Assembly: GCF_036365525.1 (NCBI RefSeq)
Contig: NC_090401.1
Coordinates: 61,266,868 to 61,330,867, forward strand
Direction of reading: 5' to 3'
Source of the DNA: Heterodontus francisci
Lineage: Eukaryota
DNA: 64,000 bases
In this document: in pieces, positions 39,480-49,946 of the stretch
Layout of the letters: each line of letters starts with the position of its first letter
Position numbering within the stretch: position 1 is the stretch's first letter
Made by a program: the position numbers and the translations under genes
Notes under the pieces: model-generated
Databases searched by the model: none
Told to the model about the DNA's origin: nothing
Seen by the model: the letters and a program-made list of their open reading frames with translations, nothing else

Positions 39480-40261
39480 GGGCTGGATTTTACGTTGGGC
39501 GGACAGGAGCTGGCCACCGACGTAAAGGTCAGTGGTGAACCCACTTCCGCCTGGCCCAGGGATCCGTCCCACATTTTACGGGCCCCCGGGCTTTAATTAT
39601 TCTGAGGCGGGACTTCCCGTTTGAGGGAGGAAGTCCCGCTTGAGGGAGGAAGTCCCACCTCATTGAGCTGCCGGCCTATCAGCGGGCCGGCAGCTCTTAG
39701 TCCCAGCAGCGCCACTGGGAGCGGTGGCCACTGCTGGGACTGCAGCCCAGAGAAGGACATGGAGCCAGGAGTCCAGGTAGGTTAGGGTTGCCTCACCGGG
39801 CTGATCGTGTGCGCCCCAGCGAGGCAAGGATGGTTGTTTGGGGGAAAGGGGGTCGTCTCGGGTCCTGGGGGTGGGTGGGGAAGCGGGGGTGGCCCTCAAT
39901 AAGGCACTCCATGCCCGTTTGTCCGCCCACCCCACCCTGGTGCACTGAGAGGCCGCCAGGTTTCACTGGGCGGCCTTTCACGTCTCCCGGACACCCGCTT
40001 GCCACGGGTAAAATCCCCATGGAGGTGGCAAAGGCCTTTAAGTGGCCGTTAAGTGGCCAGTTAAGGGCCTTGATTGGCCTGGGGCGGGCGGGCCGTTTCT
40101 CATCGCCCCCACCCGGCACACGTAAAATGGGGCAGAGGTGGGAGCGGGTCAGTAAGGCCTCTTGGAGCCTCCCGCTCCATTTACACCACAACCCCACCAC
40201 CACCACTGCACCCCGACCCCCGCCACCATCCGGCTCGCTGGGGTGGCGTAAAGGTCTGGCC
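39480..40261. mobile_element. Harbinger-like MITE
   Basis: Imperfect TIRs GGGCTGGATTTTACG and CGTAAAGGTCTGGCC. 3-bp TSD ATT at 39477-39479 and 40262-40264. Confidence 0.7.
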
Positions 40262-40499
40262 ATTAACTCCTAAAACACTGATATTTAGCCATTGCAATAA
40301 TCGAAAACTGATACATTTTAATTTTAAGTCATACAGTTTTGGTAAAGGAGAGAATCAAACAAAAGGAAATAAACTTGTGACATGAGGGAGCACAGGATTC
40401 CTTGGCACTGATGATTGGACTTGAACTGTTGCATCAGACAACATAAAAAGCTTCTCATTACAGATAATTCAGTTGATTAGTCACTTGTAGAAAATGTGG

Positions 40500-40571
40500 G
40501 GTTCTATGGTGTAATGGTTAGCACTCTGGACTTTGAATCCAGCAATCTGAGTTCAAATCTCAGTAGAACCT
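40500..40571 (+). tRNA. tRNA-Gln (anticodon TTG)
   Basis: GGTTCTATGGTGTAATGGTTAGCACTCTGGACTTTGAATCCAGCAATCTGAGTTCAAATCTCAGTAGAACCT. Perfect acceptor stem (GGTTCTA/TAGAACC), anticodon stem (CTGGA/TCCAG) and T stem (CTGAG/CTCAG). A and B boxes present. Confidence 0.93.
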
Positions 40572-40572
40572 G

Positions 40573-40580
40573 TTTTTTTT
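40573..40580 (+). terminator. Pol III terminator (T8)
   Basis: T run one base after the tRNA 3' end. Confidence 0.85.
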
Positions 40581-40999
40581 GGGGGGGGGGGGGGGGGCGG
40601 GGATAGTGGATATGTTACTGATTAAGTAATCCAGAGGCCTCAACTCATAATTCAGAGAATGTGAGTTCAAATTTCACCATAGAAGTTTGAAAAATATGAA
40701 TTCAGTTTAAAAAATCTGTAAATAAAAAAGTGTTTGCATCAGTAAAAATTATTATGAAACTGTCAGATTGTAAAATCCCACTGTTTCAGTAGCATTCTCT
40801 AGGAAAGGAAACCTGCAAACTCTACCAAGTCTGGGCCAAAATGTTATTCCAGTCCCATCCCAACTTAGCTGACCTTTACCTGCGCTCTGAAGTGGCCTAG
40901 CAAGTTTGCCAGTGATGCCCAAAAATATGAGGTTCTAAATTACACAGCCTGTGGTTTGATCCCTCAGTAAAAGTTGGCCTCAGCATACTTGAGCTTGGG

Positions 41000-43050
41000 A
41001 GAAAATAAGACAACGAAGTTTCCTGCTCTTATTCATTGTCCTGTGACCCTTGCTGGAAAGGACATGCAAGTGGACATGTAGGGCCACTGAGAACTATCTG
41101 CCAATGTCTGACTCTGCTGGTTGCCCAAAACAATGTTGACCAGATATTCCAGTTCCAATGCTCCACAGGACCCATGGAATCCTCCCTGAAAGAGGTGCTT
41201 ACCCTCTGCCAAAAATCTCTTGCGCCTCACACCAGTCTAACTCTCTGGTACAGTGTGGCAAGACTGCAGACATTGCCTGGCTGACATTTTCTCAGTGATG
41301 GATCTTTTGTCAAGCTGCTTTCACATCTGTCCAGTGGCTGAAAGCTATGCAAGGGCACCACCACATGTTCTTAGTTGTATAACTGCTGCCTAGTTGATGC
41401 AGCTGCACCTGCTAGAAGCTCACTGTGCTCACAAGTAGTTTGCTATTGAACCATCCCTACCCCTCCACTCCACATACTTCTTTTCAGCGCGTAAGATACA
41501 AAAGGTGTGGATGTATGGCAGTACAGGCTTGAGAGGCTCAGTGGCCTTTTCCTGATCCTTTGTTGTTCAACTCAATGAGATCATGACTGATCTGAGACCT
41601 AACTCTATACATCCGACTTTTCCTATATCCCTTAGTACCTTTGGGTAACAATAATTCATCAATTTCAGATTTAAAATTAACAATTGACCCAGCATCAACT
41701 ATCATTTGCAGAAGAGAGTTCTAACCCTCTACCACCATCAGTGTGTAGGAGTGTTTCCTAACTTTACCCCTGAAAGGCCTAGCTTTAATTTTTAGACTAT
41801 ATCCCTTATTCCTAGTTGCCCTAACCAGAGCAAATAGTTCCGCTCTATCTACCCTATCAGTTTCCCTTAATATCTTGAAAACTTTGATGAAATCACTTCT
41901 TAATCTTCTAAATTCCAGGAAATTCAGCCCTAGTTTGTGCAAATCTACGTTCGTGATTTAACCCCTGGAAACCAGGTATCATTCTGGTAAATCAACACTG
42001 CACTCCCTTCAAGGCCAAAATATTCTTTCTAAGGTGTTATGCCCAGAACTGAACACAGTACTCCAGGTGTGGTCTGAGCAGGGTTTTGTGTAACTGTACC
42101 ATGACATCTATACCCTAGTATTCTAGCCCTCTAGATATAAAGGCCAGCAATCCTTTAGTTTTTTTGATTTTTTAAATATCTTGATGGTATTGAATCATAT
42201 CGCATTCGCTGTTCCCAATTAACCGATAATGTGTTATCTGAATGAAATAGCATAAGAGTTTGGATTGTCCCATGAGGGCAGTATTCTCTCGTCATCTTCA
42301 CAAAGTCCCTCGTGTACAGTTAGAGTGATGAATAACTCTCAGGCCTACATGGCTCAAACTGTGCTTCTTCCCTGGACTTCCATAAATCTAATATAGTCTA
42401 GTGCTACTCTGCAGTATTAAGAGCTAAAGCAGCAGGTTTACCCCCACCCTGGGCAGTTTGATCACCTGGCCTTATTCAGGTTGGTGAAGTCTCTACCCCA
42501 TATAATGCTGCCATAATTCACTGGAGTTCACTGCATTAAGTTTGCAGAGGGCGGAATCTTTTCTCCAACCCTAGCCTTTTCCCCATTCAATAAGTCGAAA
42601 ACAAATCTTTCACCATCGAAAACATTCTCTAGCTAAACCTCAAATGGCATGGATGCTGAAACTCCTCTCAAACCAATATGTCCATACTACTTATATACTG
42701 GTCAGCTGTGCATCTACCACTACTAAAAAATCACAAGTGCAAGCAATTTCATCCATTCCGTACTAGTCTTTCTGCACTGGATGCGACATCAGTACATATC
42801 CAAAAACCTTGCATTGGCCACATGTTTAGCATCAGACATGAAAATTATGTTAGATTCCCTGCAGTGGGTATCACAGCACATGCAGCAGTCTCATGTCCCA
42901 CAAGGATAATTAGGTTCTGGACAGTCTGCCAGACCGTCTCAGTGGTTCTGCAGTCAATTTTTTTGTACCCCATCTTGTTGCATTTATAATACTTAATTTT
43001 CCATGCATCACCCCTACACTTCCCCTCTAATCCACTGAATTGACACGAGA
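41000..43050 (-). mobile_element. Possible ancient endogenous retrovirus/LTR-element internal remnant (gag knuckle, protease, env-like), split by a CR1 fragment at 41510-42170
   Basis: 42947-42997 IKYYKCNKMGYKKIDCR (degenerate CCHC). About 42480-42528 TPVNYGSIIWGRDF (protease GRD-like). 41230 downward VRRKRFLAEG (furin site-like). Confidence 0.4.
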
Positions 43051-44456
43051 TTTAGGGCGATCTTCTAGATTAGTGAGCTTCCCACCAGTTGGTAGCTGTG
43101 GGTATCTGTCTATCCAATTGCTCATCAGCTTCCCTTCACTCACAGGGCCACAAAATGTTTGGCACATTGAGCTGTCTGATTCAGGGTTGTGCACTCCTGC
43201 TAAAGCAACCGAACATAGGATTACATAGAATATGCAGCACAGAAATAGGACTTTCAGCTCAATCAGTCCTTGGCAACATTTCTACTCCACTCAAGCCTCC
43301 TCACATCCTTACTCATCTAACTCTATCATCATAACCCTCTATTCCCTTCTCCCTCATATGCTTACCCAGCTTCCCCATAAAAGCATCTATTATATTCACC
43401 TCAACTACTCCCTGCGGTAGCAAGTTCCTCATTCTCACTACTCTCTAGATAAAGAAGTTTCTTCTAAATTCCCTATTTGATTTCTTGGTGATGATCTTAT
43501 GTTGATGGCGCTAGTTTTGCTCTTTCCCACAAGTGGAGACACTCCTTCTGCCTTCTCTAGCAAAACCTTTCATAAGTTTAGACTTCTATTAGGTCACCCA
43601 CTCAGCCTTCTCTTTTCAAGAGAAAAGAGACCCAGTCAGTGACACTTATGTCATCTGCAGCTGGTTCTAGAAAATGATCTCTTACTGTAATTGACCTAGT
43701 TCCATAATAAAAACTTGACATGGAAGAATGAATGGAATGGTCTGCAGGAAGGCCGTGGAGGTTGATTTTGTCAGCTATTTCAAACTGATTATTGGCTATA
43801 TGCCTAGTGAAACATTTTATAGCGAGTATGAGAGGTGCCCTGTGATATGATTTTCCTAGATAATGAAACTGCTTAGACTGCAATGGTTTTTTAATGATCC
43901 TGCACGTTCCTATATTCTCACACAGTATGTTAATGAGCAGTGACACCTAGTGACTGTGATGGCCAGGGTATGTCCATGCTAACACATCTGTATCATACAA
44001 CACAGTATTTCCTAATCTGACCAATTACAAGATGAAACTATCTAGCCTGATCTCTTGCATGTTGACTGATGGTGATCTCAAAACAGAGAAAAAGGCTCCC
44101 ACCTTAACACTAGCCAGATCAGGAACAAATATCTGTTCATAAAAAATAACAATAGAAATGTATAATGCAATTTATAATTTGAACCAGGATGTACTTCGTG
44201 TTATGAGAGTGCTTTTTTTGTGAAATATGTTTTAAAGACTTATAGTTGAATTATGGACACTGATACATCTGAAATCTTGAAGAGATGCTGAACTTTGTGT
44301 TTTTTTTAAAGAAGTCACCGGAAGGTTCCTGGACTTGGCTTGTAAACAAGTCTTACTTGAAGGTACCTGTCTGTGGATAATCACCTACCAGGGATTGTTT
44401 TTGACTTGGGGAGGTGTTTAGAAAGAAGTGACAGGTCAAGATTTGTAGTGGTCAGG

Positions 44457-46428
44457 AACATAAGAAATAGGAGGAGGAGTAGGCCATTCAGCCCCTCAAG
44501 CCTTCCCCGCCATCCAATAAAATCATGGCTGATCTGTCCCAGGCCTTAACTCCTCTTTCGGGCCTGCTCCACATAATCCTCAACTCCCCGAGATTTCAAA
44601 AATCTATCTACCTCCTCCTTAAACACATTTAGTGACCTGCCTCCACAACTCTCTGAGGTAGAGAATTCCAGAGATTCACCACCCTCTGAGAGAAGAAATT
44701 CCTTTGCATCTCAGTTTTAAACGTGTGATGCCTTATTCTGTAACTATGTCCCCTAGTTCGAGATTCCCTCACCAGTGGAAACATATTCTCAACATCTACC
44801 CTGTCAAGCCCTCATTAGAATCTTATATGTTTCAATAAGATCACCTCTCATTCTTCTAAACTCCAATGAATAAAGGCCTAACCTGTTTAGTCGTTCTTGA
44901 TAAGACAACCTCTTCATCCCAGGAATTAGCCTAGTGAACCTTTTCTGAACTGCCTCCAATGCTAGTATATCCTTCCTTAAATACAGGGACCAAAACTGTA
45001 CGCAGTACTCCAAGTGTGGCCTCACCAACATCCTGTACAGTTGTAACAAGACTTCCCTATATTTAAATCCTAACCCCCTAGCAATAAAGGCCAAAATTCC
45101 ATTTGCCTTCCTAATTACTAACTTTTTGTGTTTCAGGTACAAGAACACCCAGATCCCTCTGTACTGCAGTATTTTGTAGTCTTTCTCCGTCTAAATAATA
45201 ATCTGTCTTTTTATTTTTCCTACAAAAGTGGATTACCTCACGCTTTCCTGCATTGAACACCATCTGCCAAGTTTTTGCCCACTCACTTAACCTATCTATT
45301 TCCCTCTGCAGATTCTTTGTGTCCTCATCACAACATGCCTTCCCAACTATTTTTGTATTGTCAGCAAATTTGGATACACTACACTCTGTCCCTTCCTCCA
45401 AGTCATTAATATAGATAGTAAATAGTTGAGGCCCTAGGACCGATCCTTGTGGCACCCCACAAGTTACGGCTTTCCAACCTGAAAAAGACCTATTGATCCT
45501 GACTCTCTGCCTTCTGTGTGTTAGCCAAACCTCAATCCACGCCAACACATTACCCTCAATACGCTGAGCTCCTATTTTGTACAATAACCTTTTATGTGGA
45601 ACCTTATCGAACGCCTTCTTAAAATCCAAATACACTGCATCTACCGGTTCCCCTTTATCCATTCTGCTTGTTGTATCCTCAAAGAACTCTAACAAATTTG
45701 TCAAACATGATTTCCCTTCCATAAAACCATGTTGGCTATGTTTTTCTAAATGTTGAGTTGTTTAGTTGAGAGATACAGCACTGAAACAGGCCCTTCGGCC
45801 CACCGAGTCTGTGCTGACCATCAACCACCCATTTATACTAATCCTACACTAATCCCATATTCCTACCACATCCCCACCTGTCCCTATATTTCCCTACCAC
45901 CTACCTACACTCTTCCTCTTCTTCTCTCTTTTGGGCCTCCTTATCTCGAGAGACAATGGATACGCGCCTGGAGGTGGTCAGTGGTTTGTGAAGCAGCGCC
46001 TGGAGTGGCTATAAAGGCCAATTCTGGAGTGACAGGCTCTTCCACAGGTGCTGCAGAGAAATTTGTTTGTCGGGGCTGTTGCACAGTTGGCTCTCCCCTT
46101 GCGCCTCTGTCTTTTTTCCTGCCAACTACTAAGTCTCTTCGACTCGCCACATTTTAGCCTGTACACTAGGGGCAATTTATAATGGCCAATTTACCTATCA
46201 ACCTGCAACTCTTTTGGCTTGTGGGAGGAAACCGGAGCACCCGGAGGAAACCCACGCAGACACAGGGAGAACTTGCAAACTCCACACAGGCAGTACACAG
46301 AATTGAACCCGGGTCGCTGGAGCTGTGAGGCTGCGGTGCTAACCACTGTTCTGCTATTTCTTCCTTAATAATGGACTCCAGCATTTTCCCAATGACAGAT
46401 GTTAAGCTAACTGGTCTATAGTTTCCTG
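44457..46428 (-). mobile_element. CR1 LINE RT and 3' end, itself interrupted by a SINE
   Basis: ORFs 45111-45722 (YLDFKKAFDKV, GVPQGSVLGP, KFADNTK) and 44804-45148. The NYRPVSLTS piece resumes at 46350-46428. Confidence 0.9.
45754..46347 (-). mobile_element. HE1-type V-SINE, interrupted by an RTE 3' end at 45911-46160
   Basis: tRNA head gtggttagcacc...gggttcaatt, V-domain gcgtgggtttcctccgggtgctccggtttcctccca, and CR1-type tail. The RTE piece is flanked by TACACT repeats. Confidence 0.85.
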
Positions 46429-46829
46429 GAGACGACTTCTGGACTGTTTTTAGTTCCAATTTGAATTGTTACAAAAGACAGTTGTTTTTTGCCTACCAGA
46501 AGAAGACCCAGCTCATCTCTCTCTCTTGAAAAGAAATTCTGCATTTCCAGTGTGTCAGTTTCCTAGTTCCGACAGTTTTTCAAAGAAACTCTGTGTATCA
46601 AATGTGTGGGAACTGAAACCTTGTTGCCGCATTTCTGCAGTAAGATCTATTTGATGCCCCTGTAGTTGCATTTCTTGGGAAGCCTACCCAAACTGATCTT
46701 CAACATCGCCTGGAAAGAACTGTTCTAAGAAGATCCCAGTGACAGTTGTCCATAGGTATTTGGGACGCCGAACCAAAACAAAGGACATCTTTCCATACCT
46801 TCTTTTCTTTTCTTCAAGTATGAGCAAGT

Positions 46830-48514
46830 ACTCTGCCTGAGCGATAGTGACAGGAGATTCTGTGGTCGCGAACGAGACTCCCGGATGGTATGTTGCCTCC
46901 CGGGTGCCAGGGTCAGGGATGTCTCGGATCGAGTCTACGGGATTCTTAAGGGGGAGGGGGAGCAGCCAGAAGTCGTGGTACAGATAAGTACCAATGACAT
47001 AGCTAGGAAAAGGGATGAGGACCTGAAAAGCGAATATAGGGAGTTAGGTTGGAAGCTAAAAGGCAGGACGAGCAGAGTAGTAATCTCAGGATTTATACCG
47101 GTGCCACGTGCTAGTGAGGCTAGAAACAGAGAGCGAGTGCAGCTGAAAACGTGGCTACGTTGCTGGTGTAGGAGGGAGGGCTTCAGTTATGTGGATCATT
47201 GGGATACCTTCTGGGGAAGGTGGGACCTGTACAAGAAGGACGGGTTGCATCTGAACTGGGCAGGTCATGCCTCACAAGCCTTATTGAATTCTTTGAGGAT
47301 GTGACAAAACACATTGATGAAGGAAGAGCAGTGGATGTGGTGTATATGGATTTTAGCAAGGCGTTTGATAAGGTTCCCCATGGTAGGCTCATTCAGAAAG
47401 TAAGGAGGGATGGGATACAGGGAAAGTTGGCTGTCTGGATACAGAATTGGCTGGCCCATAGAAGACAGAGGGTGGTAGTAGATGGAAAGTATTCAGCCTG
47501 GAGCTCGGTGACCAGTGGTGTTCCGCAGGGATCTATTCTGGGACCTCTGCTCTTTGTGATTTTTATAAATGACTTGGATGAGGAAGTGGAAGGCTGGGTT
47601 AGCAAGTTTGCCGATGACACGAAGGTTGCTGGAGTTTTAAATAGTGTGGAAGGCTGTTGTAGGTTGCAACGGGACATTGACAGGATGCAGAGCTGGGCTG
47701 AGAAGTGGCAGATGGAATTCAACCTGGAAAAGTGTGAAGTGATTCATTTTGGAAGGTCAAATTTGAATGCAGAATACAGGCTTAAAGACAGGATTCTTGG
47801 TAGTGTGGAGGAACAGAGGGATCTTGGGGTCCATGTCCATAGATCGCTCAAAGTTGCCACCCAAGTTGATAGGGTTGTTAAGAAGGCGTATGGTGTGTTG
47901 GCTTTCATTAACAGGGGGATTGAGTTTAAGAGCTGTGAGGTTATGCTGCAGCTCTATAAAGCCCTGGTTAGACCACACTTGGAATATTGTGTTCAGTTCT
48001 GGTTGCCTCATTATAGGAAGGATGTGGAAGCTTTAGAGAGGGTGCAGAGGAGATTTACCAGGATGCTGCCTGGACTGGAGGGCATGTCTTATGAAGAAAG
48101 GTTGAGGGTGCTAGGGCTTTTCTCATTGGAACAAAGAAGGATGAGAGGTGACTTGATAGAGGGGTACAAGATGATGAGAGGCATAGATAGAGTGGATAGC
48201 CAGAGACGTTTTCCCAGGGCGGAAAGGGCTATCACCAGGGGGCATAATTTTAAGGTGATTGGAGGAAGGTTTCGGGGAGATGTCAGAGGTAGGTTCTTTT
48301 GCACAGAGAGTGGTGGGTGCGTGGAATGCGCTGCCAGCGGTGGTAGTAGAAGCAGATACATTAGGGACATTTAAGCGACTCTTGGATAGGTACATGAATG
48401 ATAGTAGAATGAAGGGTATGTAGGTAGTTTGATCTTAGAGTAGGTTAAAGGTTCGGCACAACATCGTGGGCTGAAGGGCCTGTACTGTGCTGTACTGTTC
48501 TATGTTCTTTGTTC
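46830..48514 (+). mobile_element. Relatively young CR1 with an internal deletion joining ORF1 esterase to the ORF2 RT
   Basis: ORF 46885-47304 CLPGARV...DGLHLNW. Uninterrupted RT ORF 47199-48374 (YMDFSKAFDKV, GVPQGSILGP, KFADDTK). (TTCTATG)-like tail. Confidence 0.92.
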
Positions 48515-48839
48515 TAAGTGTTTTTTTTTCTGTTTTCTTTGTAATAGCGCTATAAACAAAAGTCCCCTTTTATTTTTCCGGTTAACTGGGTATGCATGTG
48601 TGTGTAAGGGGCTAGGGTAAATAAGGGGCTTTAATATTTCAATCTATGTGCGTATGTTTTACTTCATTATTGGTTAAGACTTGTTTTATAATAAACTGAC
48701 AATTTTGTTGTTTACCAAAGAAACCTGGTTGGTGTGTTTTATTTTGGGAAAAATATATGTTGTGACCTGTGGAGAAGTGTGACCAGAATAAACAGTGCAC
48801 ACCTCCTGCCTCAGTCATAACACTTACTTTTTTAAAAAT

Positions 48840-49216
48840 TTCTTCATTCATGGAATGTGGGCGTCGCTGGCCAGCATTTATTGCCCATCCCTAATTGCCC
48901 TAACTGAGTGGCTTGCTAGGCCATTTCAGAGGGCATGTAAGAGTCAACCACATTGCTGTGGGTCTGGAGTCACATGTAGGCCAGACCAGGTAAGGACAGC
49001 AGATTTCCTTCCCTAAAGGACATTAGTGAACCAGATGGGTTTTTACAACAATCGACAATGGTTTCATGGCCATCATTAGACTAGCTTTTTAATTCCAGAT
49101 TTATTAATTGAATTCAAATTCCACTTTCTGCTGTGGTGGGATTTGAACCCATGTCCCCAGAGCAATGCCCTGGGTCTCTGGGTTACTAGTCCAGTGACAA
49201 TACCACTACGCCACCG
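48840..49216 (-). mobile_element. Full-length tRNA-derived SINE with a tail shared with the CR1/L2-group LINE
   Basis: Minus strand begins ggtggcgtagtgg (A box)...gggttcaaatccc (B box). Tail gcatttattgcccatccctaattgccc matches the LINE ends. Confidence 0.8.
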
Positions 49217-49946
49217 TAGTTAGAAAGAGTTAGAAAACTACCATGTGTGAGATAAGTAACTTTGGATGAACAATAGCAACAACAACTTGCATTTATGTAG
49301 CGCCTTAAAGTAGTAAAATGTCCCAAGAAGTTTCACAGCAGCATAATCCGACAAGAATTGACTCTGAACCAAAGAAACAGACATTGGGGTAATGAGCAAA
49401 GCTTGGGAGAGGTAGCTTTTAAGCAGCATCTTAACAGAGAGCGGTTCAGGTAGAGTATTCCAGAGCTTTGGGTTTAGATGGCTTAAGACATGGCCGCCAA
49501 TGATGGGGCGATGTAAGCGGGGGCTGCACAAGAGGCTAGCGTTGGAGGAATGCCGAGTGGTTGGAGGGTTGTAAGGCTAAAAGAGATTACAGAGATAAGA
49601 ACATTTAACAAATATTTAGATGAGCACTTGAAACGTCATAACATACAAGGCTACGGGTCAAGTGCTGGAAAATGGGATTAGAATAGTTAGGTGTTTGATG
49701 GCGGGCATGGACATGATGGGCCGAAGGGCCTGTTTTGGTGCTGTATAACTCTATGACTTTATGACAGGCAAGGGCATGGGGGATTTGAACATGAGGGTGA
49801 AAATGTTAAAATCCAGGTGTCAGTGGACTGGATGCCAATATAGGTCAATATAGCATCATGAATGGGATTAAGTTTATGGAGTTGGATGGAAGATGGGAGG
49901 CCAGCCGGGAAAGCATTGGAGTAGTTGAGTTTGGAAGCAACAAAAT

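Larger units (their letters stand above)
44199..48822 (+). mobile_element. Solo LTR split by two CR1 insertions
   Basis: Inverted termini TGTTATGA (44199) and TCATAACA (48822). LTR pieces at 44199-44456, 46429-46829 and 48515-48822. AATAAA at about 48690. TSD is not clean (CTTCG/CTTAC). Confidence 0.65.

Noticed and set aside
43602-43946. 114-aa ORF with SSFYYGTR, reminiscent of retroviral RNase H
   Set aside because: Catalytic motif is absent, and it lies upstream of the putative gag knuckle, inconsistent with pol order.
48840-49216. tRNA-like A/B boxes (also about 27080, 34585, 40600 and 46300)
   Set aside because: SINE heads without a cloverleaf, not tRNA genes.
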